A stretch of 64,000 bases of DNA from Myxococcota bacterium. GTDB lineage: Bacteria > Myxococcota_A > SURF-8. Location: positions 704,001 to 768,000 of the forward strand of contig CAXXQS010000001.1 of the NCBI GenBank assembly GCA_963674735.2, in the 5' to 3' direction. The position numbers were made by a program, and so were the translations under genes. Of this stretch, positions 10,370 through 22,755 are shown one piece after another (within the stretch, counting starts at the first letter, position 1; every line of letters begins with the position of its first letter). The notes beneath the pieces are model-generated. The model saw only the letters and a program-made list of their open reading frames with translations. It was not told the origin of the DNA and ran no database searches.

Positions 10370-11095
10370 CTATTTGTCTTCTTTCGAGAAGGTCGCGTAG
10401 CGGCAACGCGCTTCGATCACTTCTTCGGTGCGATAAGCGGCCCAAGCGTCGTTCCACTCGATGATCAACACGCCCTTGGCCTGAGCGTCGGGACCCGCGT
10501 CGATTTTGAGGCCGGGCATCATTTCCTGCAGCGTTTCGACGTGCGGGGTGAGTTCGGCGATGTCTTTGCCGTCCATCTTCCAGCTATTGCGCCAGTTGAG
10601 GCGATAGATACGACGGACGTACCACCAAGGCTCGAAGTCATCGTTGCGGTCGCCATCGCGTTCGCAAACGGCGGGGTTGTGACCGAAGTTGGTGGCCGGG
10701 CGTTTCACGCCACATTCTTCCAACAGCTCGACTCTCATGCGGGCGTAGTCGTCCTGACCTTCGTCAAGGTCGACACCGGTCGTCTCGTCGATCACCTTCG
10801 CCATACCATCGGTGACGGAACGGCCGATCAGGCGGTTGACAGGCTTTTGGCCTTTGTAGGGGCGGCAAGCCAGATTATCGGCCTGGGGACGGAACCAAAT
10901 CCACTGTTCGTGGACGCCCGAACAATCTTCGGTGAGGAATTTGCCCAGAACGGCATTGGCAGCATCTTTGTCTGCCGGGGGGATTTTAAAGACATGGATG
11001 TCTTTGAAAACCGGTTCGCACGGATCTTTTCCACAACCCGTCACCAACAAGCTCGCCATGACAATGGCCACGACCAGAAGAATCAGTTTCTGCAT
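10370..11095 (-). CDS. Hypothetical lipoprotein
   Basis: Strong RBS (aggaggag), lipobox LVTGC, own terminator. Confidence 0.75.
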   Translation of the reverse strand: MQKLILLVVAIVMASLLVTGCGKDPCEPVFKDIHVFKIPPADKDAANAVLGKFLTEDCSGVHEQWIWFRPQADNLACRPYKGQKPVNRLIGRSVTDGMAKVIDETTGVDLDEGQDDYARMRVELLEECGVKRPATNFGHNPAVCERDGDRNDDFEPWWYVRRIYRLNWRNSWKMDGKDIAELTPHVETLQEMMPGLKIDAGPDAQAKGVLIIEWNDAWAAYRTEEVIEARCRYATFSKEDK

Positions 11096-11363
11096 GTGCT
11101 CCTCCTTTCGGAATGCTATATCTGAAAACAGTTATCGTAAAACGGTTAATCGGTTATGCTTTGCAAACTTCTTGAAGAATCGAAGCTTCAATGCTGCTAT
11201 TCCCGCCAATGTCGATGTTATGTCGATGCATTCCGGATGCGCGCCGGGAATGCGTTTCCCATTCAGCCCCTCAATTTTCATGCTAAAACCCACGGATCAT
11301 GCCGCAGGATAGGCTTTGCTTTTTGAAAATGCAAGTAAAAAACAGATTTCCTGTCTTCTCGGC

Positions 11364-12974
11364 TCACGAGCGTGGTGGACGTGCTCGATCGCCTTGAGGT
11401 GGCTTTTTCTCGATAACCTCATATTGTTCAATATGGAAATAATTGATCGGACGCAACGCGATTTTCTTGTTGGACAGGTGCTCCAGCCGAGAGATGCTGA
11501 TTGCCTCCTCATCGATCAGCATGTCGTAGATCTCGGGGTGACAGTTGACCGTAACGATGTTGCCGTGGATGTTGGGAAGTTCGCGTTTGATTTCCCTGAA
11601 TATCTCATAGCAGATTGTCGTCTTGGATTTGAGGTATCCCTTTCCGTCACAATAAAAGCAGGGTTCGCAGAGGGTGCGGCCCAAGCTTTCGCGAATTCGT
11701 TTACGGGTCATCTCGACGAGTCCGAATTCGGAAATCTTCAACACGTTCGTCTTGGCTTTGTCCTCTTTCAGGGCATCCTCAAGCGTGTGATACACTTTCT
11801 CGCGGTCCGCCTCTCTTTCCATATCGATGAAATCGATGATGATAATACCACCCAGATTTCGAAGGCGGAGCTGGTAAACGATTTCTTTGACCGCTTCGAG
11901 GTTGGTTTTGACGATCGTATCTTCCAGATTGCGGCGACCGACATATCGTCCCGTGTTGACATCAATCGCCGTGAGCGCTTCCGCTTGGTCTATGATGATG
12001 TAACCACCGGATTTTAACCACACTTTCCGTCCTAGAGCCCGGTTGATGTCGATTTCAATGCCGTAGTGATCGAAGATGGGTTCTTTGCCGTTGTAGAGTT
12101 CGACGTGGGTGTGGAATTTCGGCATGTTCGTTTTGATAAAACGCCGGATTTCTTCGAATTCCCGTTTGTCGTCAATTACCAGGCTTTCCACGTCGCTGGT
12201 GACGAGATCGCGGGCGGCGCGCAGAATGACGTTCAGATCATGGTGAACGCAGATCGGGGCCGTGTTCTTCTGAGCACGCGTTTGCAGCCGTTTCCACAGA
12301 TTCATCAGCAGCATCATGTCGGCTTTGAGCTTTTTCTCGTTCACGCCGTCAGCGACGGTGCGCACGATAAATCCCGAACCCGGTTGGCGCAGCTTTTCGA
12401 CCAGATCTTTAAGCCGTCCCCGCTCCCCTTCATCCGTGATGCGCCGTGATACCCCCACGTGGTCGATAAAGGGCATGTAAACAAGGTAGCGACCCGGTAA
12501 TGAGACATGGGTGGTGACGCGGCAGCCTTTGGTGCCGATGGGGTCTTTGGCCACCTGCACCATGATTTCCTGGCCTTCCGTCAGCAACTCCTCGATCGGC
12601 TGGCTGCGTCGGTTGGAGGACGAAGAGGAAGAAGAGGGTGGGGGAGGCGGCGGCGGCTCCTTGTTTTCGTCGGGGAAGTTATCATCTTCCTCGTTCTCTT
12701 TTCGCTCCTCGTCATTTTCTTCGACGTAACGGGTAACATCTTCACCGGGGACAAAGATATCGGCCACGTATAGGAACGCGGCTTTTTCCAAACCGACATC
12801 CACAAACGCCGCCTGCATACCCGGCAGGACGCGGATGACACGGCCATTGTAGATGTTGCCAACTATACCCCGGTCATACTTCCTTTCGATGTACAATTCG
12901 ACCGTTGTGCCATTTTCCATCAGCGCCACCCGATGCTCGTGCTGAGTGGCGTTGATGATAAGCTTTTGGGCCAT
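11364..12974 (-). CDS. rng: Rne/Rng family ribonuclease (RNase G / short RNase E)
   Basis: GNIYNGRV, PGMQAAFVD, S1 domain, IDVNTG, TNLEA, IIIDFIDM, CFYCDGKG. Confidence 0.93.
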   Translation of the reverse strand: MAQKLIINATQHEHRVALMENGTTVELYIERKYDRGIVGNIYNGRVIRVLPGMQAAFVDVGLEKAAFLYVADIFVPGEDVTRYVEENDEERKENEEDDNFPDENKEPPPPPPPSSSSSSSNRRSQPIEELLTEGQEIMVQVAKDPIGTKGCRVTTHVSLPGRYLVYMPFIDHVGVSRRITDEGERGRLKDLVEKLRQPGSGFIVRTVADGVNEKKLKADMMLLMNLWKRLQTRAQKNTAPICVHHDLNVILRAARDLVTSDVESLVIDDKREFEEIRRFIKTNMPKFHTHVELYNGKEPIFDHYGIEIDINRALGRKVWLKSGGYIIIDQAEALTAIDVNTGRYVGRRNLEDTIVKTNLEAVKEIVYQLRLRNLGGIIIIDFIDMEREADREKVYHTLEDALKEDKAKTNVLKISEFGLVEMTRKRIRESLGRTLCEPCFYCDGKGYLKSKTTICYEIFREIKRELPNIHGNIVTVNCHPEIYDMLIDEEAISISRLEHLSNKKIALRPINYFHIEQYEVIEKKPPQGDRARPPRS

Positions 12975-15573
12975 TAGAGCGCTCCTTGTTCTTCAATTTT
13001 CCTGGTTTCTTAAATTCATTCAGCGGGGCGAAGCGCACCCGCGATTTTTCGATGGTTATTTTGGGTTGGAGAGTCGCCTCGATGGCGAACATTTCGCGTA
13101 GAATCTCGGAGGGCTTGAGGGCGTTGGCTTGATCGGTTTTCAGTGTGACCGAGACCAGTCGATCTCCTTCAAGCTGGATGTCTTCGACGAGATCCTTCAT
13201 CTCCAAAGTCTTGTCGCCCTTTTTGGTTTTTCTGACTACGGGCCACGTTTCCGTGGTCGCGAAGCGTTCAAGGGCTTTGTTTACGGTGTCGGTATCTTGC
13301 ACCGTTGATAGATCAAAACGATACGTAATCGAAGCGATACTGGCTGAAATCGATCGAGCCTGCGATCCGACCGATCGGGCGTCGAGGATTCGGAAACCGT
13401 GAGGAAGACTGCGGTTCAAGCTTTGCTTGAGTGAATCCAAAGGTGTGGCATCGAGAATTTCAGCATCGAAAAACTCGCAGGCCGAGGCGACGCCCATCGG
13501 CAACGCCTGCCCGAAGCCGATTTTCGGTTTCGGATGGAAGCCTTCCGAGTATTTCAGTCGAATTCCGGCACGACGAAATGCGCGTGCGATCTGGCTCATG
13601 GTATCGAGATGACCCAGAAAAACGGCGTAATCCCGCTTTTCATAGTGAAAACGAACCGTGCGCAGAGGGGGACGGAACGAAGAGCGCCCCGCGTGTTTGG
13701 GAAGGGACGGCACGATTTCAACATGTTTCTTGTGCTTATCCGTTTGCTCGGCCCCTGCCAGTACGCGGCGTCCGATGTTGTTATGGTCACAGACCCCGCA
13801 ATCGTGACAGAGCCCATAAGCGCAGTCAGGCTGTACGGATTCGGCCAGCGCGTCGGTGTATTCTTTTTCCAAATAGTCCGGGCTGACGCAGTAGTCCAAA
13901 TGGGACCAGGGGAGGGTCGCAGACAACTCGAAGCTGCGAGCGGCTTCTTCATCGAGGTCGAAGCCGAACTCGGCAAAAGCCTGTTGCCAGCGCTCCAAGT
14001 CGAAATGTTCGCTCCATGCATCGAAGCGGGCCCCTTTTCTAAAGGCATCGAGAATGACTTCGCCCAAGTGGCGGCCGCCCCGGCTGAAAGCATTTTCAAG
14101 CAGGCTGGTTTCGGGATCGTGGTGCTTGAAAGGAATTTTCAGATCGCGAAGCTCGCCTCGTAAAAAATCGAGCTTACGTTTAATCTCTGTAAACGTGATG
14201 GCCGAAACCCACTGGAAGGGAGTGTGGCTTTTAGGTACGAAGGGGCTCACCGCCACGGTGACGGAAGCCGAACGGGTGTGGCGTCGTCCGATCTGGCGGG
14301 CTTTGGCGGCGAGTGTGGGGATGGCGGCCACGTCTTCATCGGTTTCAGTCGGCAGGCCGATCATGAAGTAGAGTTTGACGTTGCGCCAGCCATTGCTGAA
14401 AATCGTTTCCAGTGTGGCCAGCAGATCTTCTTCGCGATTCCCTTTATTGATCACTCTTCGCAGGCGCTCCGTCGCCGCTTCGGGGGCGAGGGTAAAGCTT
14501 GTTTTGCGTTCCCGCTTCAGGCGATCCACCAATTCGGGGGTAAGCCCTTCGACGCGCAAAGACGGCAGTTGAATCGAGACGTGGTCGTCCTGGTGGCGGT
14601 CGAACAGTGCTGTGACGGTTTCGGATAACGGCGCGTAATCGCTCGCCGATAAAGATAAAAGGCCCAGGACGTCGTGCCCGGTGGCGCAAAGGCCTTGTTC
14701 CGCCAGTCGCATCACCGTTTCCGGTCTGCGTTGACGTGTGGGGCGATAAAGAAAGCCCGCCTGGCAGAAACGGCAGCCGCGTGTACAACCCCGTTGGATT
14801 TCCACCGCCACGCGGTCGTGAACCGGTTCGACGGTCGGGGTGAGCGGACGCGTGACGAACGGAGTTTGGTCGAGATTGTTTTCCAGGCGTCGCACGACGC
14901 GTTCAGGCCGATCGGGCAGTGGCCGGACGGAGGAGATACGCCCCTTATCATCCCGCATTGGGTCGAAATAGGAGGGGATGTAGAGCCCGTCGATCACGGA
15001 TAAACGTTCGAACAAGGCAGGGCGGGAAAGCCCCTCTTTTTTGGCGTTAATCAGGACGTTGCTGATCTCGACAACGGCCTTTTCACCGTCACCAAGAAGG
15101 AAAGCATCGAAGAAGTCCGATAGGGGCTCGGGATTACTGGCCGCCGGTCCTCCACCGATGATGAGGGGATGTTTTTCAGTGCGTTCGCTCGACAACAGAG
15201 GAATGTTGCCGAGTTCCAACATGGCGAGGATGTTGGTTCCCATCAATTCATGTTGCAGCGTAAAGCCGATCCAATCGAAATCGGCTAGCGCAGTTTTACT
15301 CTCCAGACTGAACAGCGGCCAATTGGCTGCGCGCAACTCGGCTTCCATGTCCGGCCAGGGTGAATAAACTCTTTCTGCCCATATGTGGTCAATATCGTTC
15401 AGGATTTCATATAGAATCTTCAGGCCTAAGTGGCTGAAGGCCACTTCGTACACATCCGGGAACGCCAGCGCGACACGCAGTTGAATGTCGTCGGGATTTT
15501 TGTGTTGTGCCTGGGCTTCGCAGCCCAGATAACGGCCCGGTTTTTTCACACGGTGTAGGATTTCTTTCAGCAT
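12874..15573 (-). CDS. Radical SAM protein (TIGR03960-like) fused to a DUF2344/TIGR03936-like domain
   Basis: FPDVYEV, RGCTRGCRFCQAG, APEA, LYFMIGLPTET; C-terminal FLGHLD...YSEGFHPKPKI; conserved adjacency to rng. Confidence 0.88.
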   Translation of the reverse strand: MLKEILHRVKKPGRYLGCEAQAQHKNPDDIQLRVALAFPDVYEVAFSHLGLKILYEILNDIDHIWAERVYSPWPDMEAELRAANWPLFSLESKTALADFDWIGFTLQHELMGTNILAMLELGNIPLLSSERTEKHPLIIGGGPAASNPEPLSDFFDAFLLGDGEKAVVEISNVLINAKKEGLSRPALFERLSVIDGLYIPSYFDPMRDDKGRISSVRPLPDRPERVVRRLENNLDQTPFVTRPLTPTVEPVHDRVAVEIQRGCTRGCRFCQAGFLYRPTRQRRPETVMRLAEQGLCATGHDVLGLLSLSASDYAPLSETVTALFDRHQDDHVSIQLPSLRVEGLTPELVDRLKRERKTSFTLAPEAATERLRRVINKGNREEDLLATLETIFSNGWRNVKLYFMIGLPTETDEDVAAIPTLAAKARQIGRRHTRSASVTVAVSPFVPKSHTPFQWVSAITFTEIKRKLDFLRGELRDLKIPFKHHDPETSLLENAFSRGGRHLGEVILDAFRKGARFDAWSEHFDLERWQQAFAEFGFDLDEEAARSFELSATLPWSHLDYCVSPDYLEKEYTDALAESVQPDCAYGLCHDCGVCDHNNIGRRVLAGAEQTDKHKKHVEIVPSLPKHAGRSSFRPPLRTVRFHYEKRDYAVFLGHLDTMSQIARAFRRAGIRLKYSEGFHPKPKIGFGQALPMGVASACEFFDAEILDATPLDSLKQSLNRSLPHGFRILDARSVGSQARSISASIASITYRFDLSTVQDTDTVNKALERFATTETWPVVRKTKKGDKTLEMKDLVEDIQLEGDRLVSVTLKTDQANALKPSEILREMFAIEATLQPKITIEKSRVRFAPLNEFKKPGKLKNKERSNGPKAYHQRHSARASGGADGKWHNGRIVHRKEV

Positions 15574-15717
15574 CGGGCGTTAGCTCCAAGATCGCGGCGA
15601 TCGGTTGCATCAAATCACGACGAAAGAAACACTTCCCTTTTCGGCGTAAGCCGCCCCGAGAAGTCCCCTTTCGGAAGCCATTGATATCACATTTATTCGC
15701 TGTTCTCAAGGACTTTG

Positions 15718-17805
<2,088 letters not shown>

Positions 17806-17840
17806 CTAGGTTGCACGGGATGGTTTAAAATCTTATGATA

Positions 17841-20075
17841 TCAATCAAATAATCCTTCATCTTTCAAGCTTTGCACGAAGTCTTCTCCCGGCTGTGATCC
17901 GGCTTTATAAAAAACGGGCGGGTATCCGAGTCCGGCATCGGCAATCGTCACGTTTCCGCTCTGCTCGGTGTCCCCGTACTCCTCGCCGCTCCAGATATGC
18001 ACCCATCGGCCTTTTGGCAGGAATACATCGGCTTGGGTCGTTTCCGGGTCCATCACGGGAGCAACTAGGATTTCGGATCCGAAAAGCCATTGGTCCCCCA
18101 CTTCGTAGACGGCCGGATCGTCCGGGTAGTGAAGCATGAGATGGCGAATGAGGGGATAGCCTTTTGTCGCGGCTTCGTCCATGAGCGTTTTGCGGTAGGA
18201 ATCGAGAGCCTTGTAGACCTTGGCGAAGCGCGTGAAGTGGGCGTAGGTTTCCTCGTCGTGATAGAATTGCACATTATCCTCGGGCCGCACCCCTTCGTGC
18301 GAACGGAACATCGCGGTGAAGGCCGTGACTTCCATCCAACGCATCAGCAACTCTTTGGACCGGGTGTATTGGAGCCCGCTCATGTTGACGGTTGTAAAGC
18401 CTCCAACTTCGGTATAATTGAGGCTGTAACCGGATAAACCGGATGAAATCAGGCCTGTTACAGCCGATTTGAGCCCGTCGTATTCATCCCAGGTGACCAA
18501 CTGGTCGCCAGTCCAGAAAAGCGTACTGTATTCAGGACTGTGGGTGTACCCCGAACGCATGAAGAAGACGGCTTCGCCCAGAAGTCCTTCCTCTTCAAGG
18601 ACTTCCCGGTTGACCTTCGCCCATTCTACCGGATAGTTATTGTGCTCGACCACGCCACTTGAGCCGGAAGCGAGAACCGCATCGAAGGGTAGTGCCTCGG
18701 CATAATCCGCCATCCAGCCGGACGCGCCGCTGCCGATCAACTCGTCCTTAATGACCTGTTTGTACCACTCCCGTGCTTCAGGATTGGTGAAATCGATCAA
18801 ACCGGCACTGAAGTCCGTGTTGACGACTTCGTAAATCGACCCCACTTCGTTTTTAATGAAATAGCCGTTGTCGCGCGCTTCGGCATACAGGTTGCGGTCG
18901 TAGGCATCGGCGAGTTCCGGAATCTCATCGATGTTGACGAGTTGTGGGCTGAGATACGTCAAGACCCGGACGTTATCGTTGGCCAGGGTTTCGACCATGT
19001 CGCTCCATTGCGGGTATTGATTGTGATTGACACTCCAATTCCACCAGAGCTGGGTTCCGGCGAAGGTCTGCCGATTTCCCACCCAATCCTGCAACCAGAA
19101 TGCCGCCACCGGGCAATTGTTGGCTTGAAGCTGAGTCAGCTTGTCGTAAACCTGGGCTTCGCCGCCCTGGAGGCCGATCACCGCACCCTGGCCCACCCAA
19201 TCGGGCAAAGGCGGCATGCGGCCTGCGTAATCGGTATAAGCTTCGATGAGGTCGAGCGGCTGTTGGCCGTGCAGAATTGCGCCGCTCATGGCCGTCGCCA
19301 TGAGTTTGATCTCGACCAGATCGGGATCTTCCAGGTTAAAAAACGAAACTTCGCTGTTTTTAAGGAAAAACCCTCGCTTATGGCTCGTGATGAAATAGGG
19401 AGCGGCGGCATAAGTTGTGTACCAATCTCCTGCGGATCCGGGAGAAACGGCGTTGATCAGGTCTGTCAGCGGTTGAAGTCCACGGCCGATTCCTTGCTCC
19501 TGGGTGAGGACGGGGACTGTCAAACCCTTGAGATCTAAAATGGAAAATTGTTCGCCGAAGCCGAAGAAACGTTCATCTGCGGAACTGATAAATCGCAGGA
19601 TGACTTTGTCGATGGCTGGATCGGCGTTGGTGAGGTCTAGATCGAAATCGAGGCGATTGGGTGAAATGGACGTGAATGTCAGGGTATAGCCGCTTTGGCA
19701 ACCCGCTCCGGTGAGTTGGCCGGATACGGTTAACGACTGCTCGTCTTTCTGGCTGATAGCGTCGAGACTGAGCTGATCGCAAGTGTTATTGATGACTTCG
19801 TCGAATGTATAGGTTGCGCGTTCTTCGGTGATCTCGGTCTCGCTGGCCAGGGCGGCTACGAAATTGCCATTCGCGGGAGATTGCCAGAGTATCGTGTCGG
19901 GAGCCGACTGATGGCGGATCGTAAATTGGACCGGTTCGGTTGAAAGGTCGGCATGGACCTGAAAAGAACCGAGTTTAAAGTCGGTGATATCATTTGTGGG
20001 CGAATCGGAATCCGAACAAGCGGAGAGTGAAAACATGATTACCATGCCGAGCAAAACGAGCTTCAAGTGTTTCAT
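17841..20075 (-). CDS. GH31 glycoside hydrolase lipoprotein, YihQ/sulfoquinovosidase-like
   Basis: Lipobox LSAC; EQGIGRG, WLQDW, WMADYAE (nucleophile), WTGDQ (acid/base), RSHEG. Confidence 0.88.
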   Translation of the reverse strand: MKHLKLVLLGMVIMFSLSACSDSDSPTNDITDFKLGSFQVHADLSTEPVQFTIRHQSAPDTILWQSPANGNFVAALASETEITEERATYTFDEVINNTCDQLSLDAISQKDEQSLTVSGQLTGAGCQSGYTLTFTSISPNRLDFDLDLTNADPAIDKVILRFISSADERFFGFGEQFSILDLKGLTVPVLTQEQGIGRGLQPLTDLINAVSPGSAGDWYTTYAAAPYFITSHKRGFFLKNSEVSFFNLEDPDLVEIKLMATAMSGAILHGQQPLDLIEAYTDYAGRMPPLPDWVGQGAVIGLQGGEAQVYDKLTQLQANNCPVAAFWLQDWVGNRQTFAGTQLWWNWSVNHNQYPQWSDMVETLANDNVRVLTYLSPQLVNIDEIPELADAYDRNLYAEARDNGYFIKNEVGSIYEVVNTDFSAGLIDFTNPEAREWYKQVIKDELIGSGASGWMADYAEALPFDAVLASGSSGVVEHNNYPVEWAKVNREVLEEEGLLGEAVFFMRSGYTHSPEYSTLFWTGDQLVTWDEYDGLKSAVTGLISSGLSGYSLNYTEVGGFTTVNMSGLQYTRSKELLMRWMEVTAFTAMFRSHEGVRPEDNVQFYHDEETYAHFTRFAKVYKALDSYRKTLMDEAATKGYPLIRHLMLHYPDDPAVYEVGDQWLFGSEILVAPVMDPETTQADVFLPKGRWVHIWSGEEYGDTEQSGNVTIADAGLGYPPVFYKAGSQPGEDFVQSLKDEGLFD

Positions 20076-20471
20076 GGATCTTTCTCCCGGTTCTTTGATA
20101 GGCGATTCCCATTCGGCCCCAAGTTTACCGAACCCTGATCGCTTGTCAATTTTAGAGTGATCGTGTCGTGCCGCAAAATTGGTATGGATGAAGTAAGGTG
20201 TTGAATTTTGGCTACCTCTAAAAATCCATATTCTGCTGCGAACGATTCTTTTCTAGCCGGATCGCTTCCCCCAATCCTCGACGTATCTTACTGATATGCC
20301 TACGGTTGTGAAAAACACCCGGTCTCGAAAATCCTTTGTTTTCGTAACGAATAGCTATTTTTGAGGTAGCCTTATTTCGATAAGCTCTGCGTCTGGATTG
20401 ACACTCGGGTCCACTTGTCGGTATACTCCGTCCTTCTTTCGGATGAAGGAACAGAAAAGGAGCGAGCGTTT

Positions 20472-21209
20472 ATGCGAGATGATGGACGAGCTGCAAATCA
20501 GGCGCGACTTGGTAAAATTGAAACCGGCTTTCAAAAATATCCCGATGGTTCGGTTCTTATTACCTGTGGGGAAACGCGGGTTATCTGTGCCGCGCATGCC
20601 GAACCGGGTACCCCGTCTTTTCTGAACGGCACGGGCCAGGGTTGGGTGACGGCCGAATACGCCATGATGCCGGGAGCCGGACAGGGGCGCACTCGCCGTG
20701 AACGACAAACCGGGGGACGCTCGTCCGAAATCCAGCGCCTGATCGGCCGTTCATTGCGATCGGTGTGCGATCTGACACGTTTGGGCGAGCAAACCATTAC
20801 CGTGGATTGTGATGTGCTTCAGGCGGATGGGGGAACACGCACGGCGTCGATTACCGGCGCGTTCGTCGCTCTGGTCCTGGCGCTCGATCGGGTCCGCAGT
20901 ATGGGACTGATTGCCGAACTTCCGTTGACCGACTCGCTGGCCGCCATCAGCGCCGGTGTCGTGGATGGTGAGGTGTTATTGGACTTGAAATACAGCGAAG
21001 ATTACCGGGCCGAAGTCGACATGAACGTGGTGATGACCGGCTCGGGCAAGCTGGTCGAGGTTCAGGGTACGGCCGAAGGTGCCCCGTTTTCCCGTGAGAC
21101 GATGAATGTCATTATGGATTATTGCGCTGCAGGTTGCGCTGATCTGGCCGCCTTGCAGCGCTCAGCTTTAGGACCGTTGTTCGATGAAATTGCTGCTAGC
21201 CACACATAA
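20472..21209 (+). CDS. rph: Ribonuclease PH
   Basis: GWVTAEYAM, EIQRLIGRSLR, DVLQADGGTRTASITG; RBS aaggag. Confidence 0.97.
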   Translation: MRDDGRAANQARLGKIETGFQKYPDGSVLITCGETRVICAAHAEPGTPSFLNGTGQGWVTAEYAMMPGAGQGRTRRERQTGGRSSEIQRLIGRSLRSVCDLTRLGEQTITVDCDVLQADGGTRTASITGAFVALVLALDRVRSMGLIAELPLTDSLAAISAGVVDGEVLLDLKYSEDYRAEVDMNVVMTGSGKLVEVQGTAEGAPFSRETMNVIMDYCAAGCADLAALQRSALGPLFDEIAASHT

Positions 21210-21783
21210 CAAGGGAAAAGTCAAAGATCTCCAATCCTTACTTTCCGATAGCCCCTTCGAAGTGCTGTCGTTGGATGATTGGGGGGAGATTCCGGATGTG
21301 GAAGAAGATGGCGATACTTTTCTGGCCAATGCCGAAAAGAAGGCCAGAGAATATCACCGCTTGACCGGCTTACCCACCTTGGCTGACGATTCGGGACTGG
21401 TGGTGGATGCTTTGAATGGCGATCCGGGGGTGCGTTCGGCACGATATGCCGGAGAGCCGAGCGACTCGGCTAAGAACCGGGAAAAGCTGCTTGAGGAACT
21501 CGCGAAATCGGACTCGTCACTGGGACGGCGAGCCCGTTTCGAGTGTGTGCTGGTTTACGTGGATGACCGGGGCCACCGGATTGTCACGGAAGGAACCTGT
21601 GAGGGCGAAATAGCCTGGGAACCGAAAGGTTACAATGGGTTCGGATATGACCCGGTGTTCGTCCACGCTTCTCATGGCGGGCGCACCATGGGTGAGGTCA
21701 GTCGCGAGGAAAAAAATGTGGTTAGCCACCGCGGGGTGGCGTTACGTCGTATGCGTACGGAACTGATTAAGCTGATCGGGTAG
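21184..21783 (+). CDS. rdgB: dITP/XTP pyrophosphatase
   Basis: ATHNKGK, ADDSGL, PGVRSAR, GFGYDPVF, SHRG. Confidence 0.96.
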   Translation: MKLLLATHNKGKVKDLQSLLSDSPFEVLSLDDWGEIPDVEEDGDTFLANAEKKAREYHRLTGLPTLADDSGLVVDALNGDPGVRSARYAGEPSDSAKNREKLLEELAKSDSSLGRRARFECVLVYVDDRGHRIVTEGTCEGEIAWEPKGYNGFGYDPVFVHASHGGRTMGEVSREEKNVVSHRGVALRRMRTELIKLIG

Positions 21784-21858
21784 AAAAATCGTGACGGCGA
21801 CTTTTCGGGCCGTGATTGGGCTCACTGTAAAATAGTCAGTGCTGAAGAGGGTAGGAAG

Positions 21859-22755
21859 ATGGAGCGGATTAAATCGCCGATGGAGACCATGTCGATTCCC
21901 AGTGGGGATGGAACACGTTTGAATGTGGTGATTGTCGGGAACGGACCCCATCGGTGGCTGCTGCCGCCCGGACTCGGAACCCCGATTCTGTCTTGGAAAT
22001 ATCTGTTTGAATACTTCCACAAGAAAATGACCATCGTTACCTGGGATCCGCGAGGGTGCTATGATTCAGAAATACCCAGTGATATAGGCCGATTACGTGT
22101 TGAGGACCACGTCGACGACGCCATGGCGGTCGTGCGTGCGATGGGGTGGGAGAAGGAAACGTTCGTTACCGGTGGCTGGAGCATGGGGATTGAAATCGGT
22201 CTGGAGATCTATCGCCGTATGCCCGAAAACATTCAGGCGCTCACGCTCATCAACGGCGCTTTCGAGCACGTTTTGCGAACCGCCTTCGGGTTTGTGCCCA
22301 AAGCCGACGTGCTTTTACGTGGGACGCTCCACGGCATGGCCACCGCTTCTCCGGTGTTTGCCCCGCTCTCAAGTTATCTGCTTGGTCAGGACTGGGCTAT
22401 CAAGTTTTTGAAATCACTTGGAATTGTGACCGCCAATGAGGACTTCTTCGGCGAAGTGGTGCAGGAATTCCGGCGTCTCGACTTCGGTCCTTATTTCCGG
22501 ATGATTCTCAAGCTCGACGAACACTCCGCTCGTCCGATTTTGAGGACGGTCAAAGTGCCGACGCTGGTGACGGCGGGTACCATGGACAAAATGACTCCTA
22601 TGTCGGTGTCACGGGCTATGCATGAGCGTATCCCCGATAGCGATTTCTTTGTAATTCCAAACGGAACCCATTATACCACCTTGGAATATCCGGAAATTGT
22701 CAATCTCAAGCTGGATCAGTTCTTCCGAAACCGGGTTTTTTCTGAAACCTGGTAA
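21859..22755 (+). CDS. Alpha/beta hydrolase
   Basis: WDPRG, GWSMG nucleophile elbow, D and H of the triad (GTMD, GTHY). Confidence 0.9.
   Translation: MERIKSPMETMSIPSGDGTRLNVVIVGNGPHRWLLPPGLGTPILSWKYLFEYFHKKMTIVTWDPRGCYDSEIPSDIGRLRVEDHVDDAMAVVRAMGWEKETFVTGGWSMGIEIGLEIYRRMPENIQALTLINGAFEHVLRTAFGFVPKADVLLRGTLHGMATASPVFAPLSSYLLGQDWAIKFLKSLGIVTANEDFFGEVVQEFRRLDFGPYFRMILKLDEHSARPILRTVKVPTLVTAGTMDKMTPMSVSRAMHERIPDSDFFVIPNGTHYTTLEYPEIVNLKLDQFFRNRVFSETW

Noticed and set aside
12610-12660. Poly-Pro/poly-Ser tract in rng
   Set aside because: Ordinary low-complexity insertion in the S1 loop with mixed codons; not a DNA repeat element
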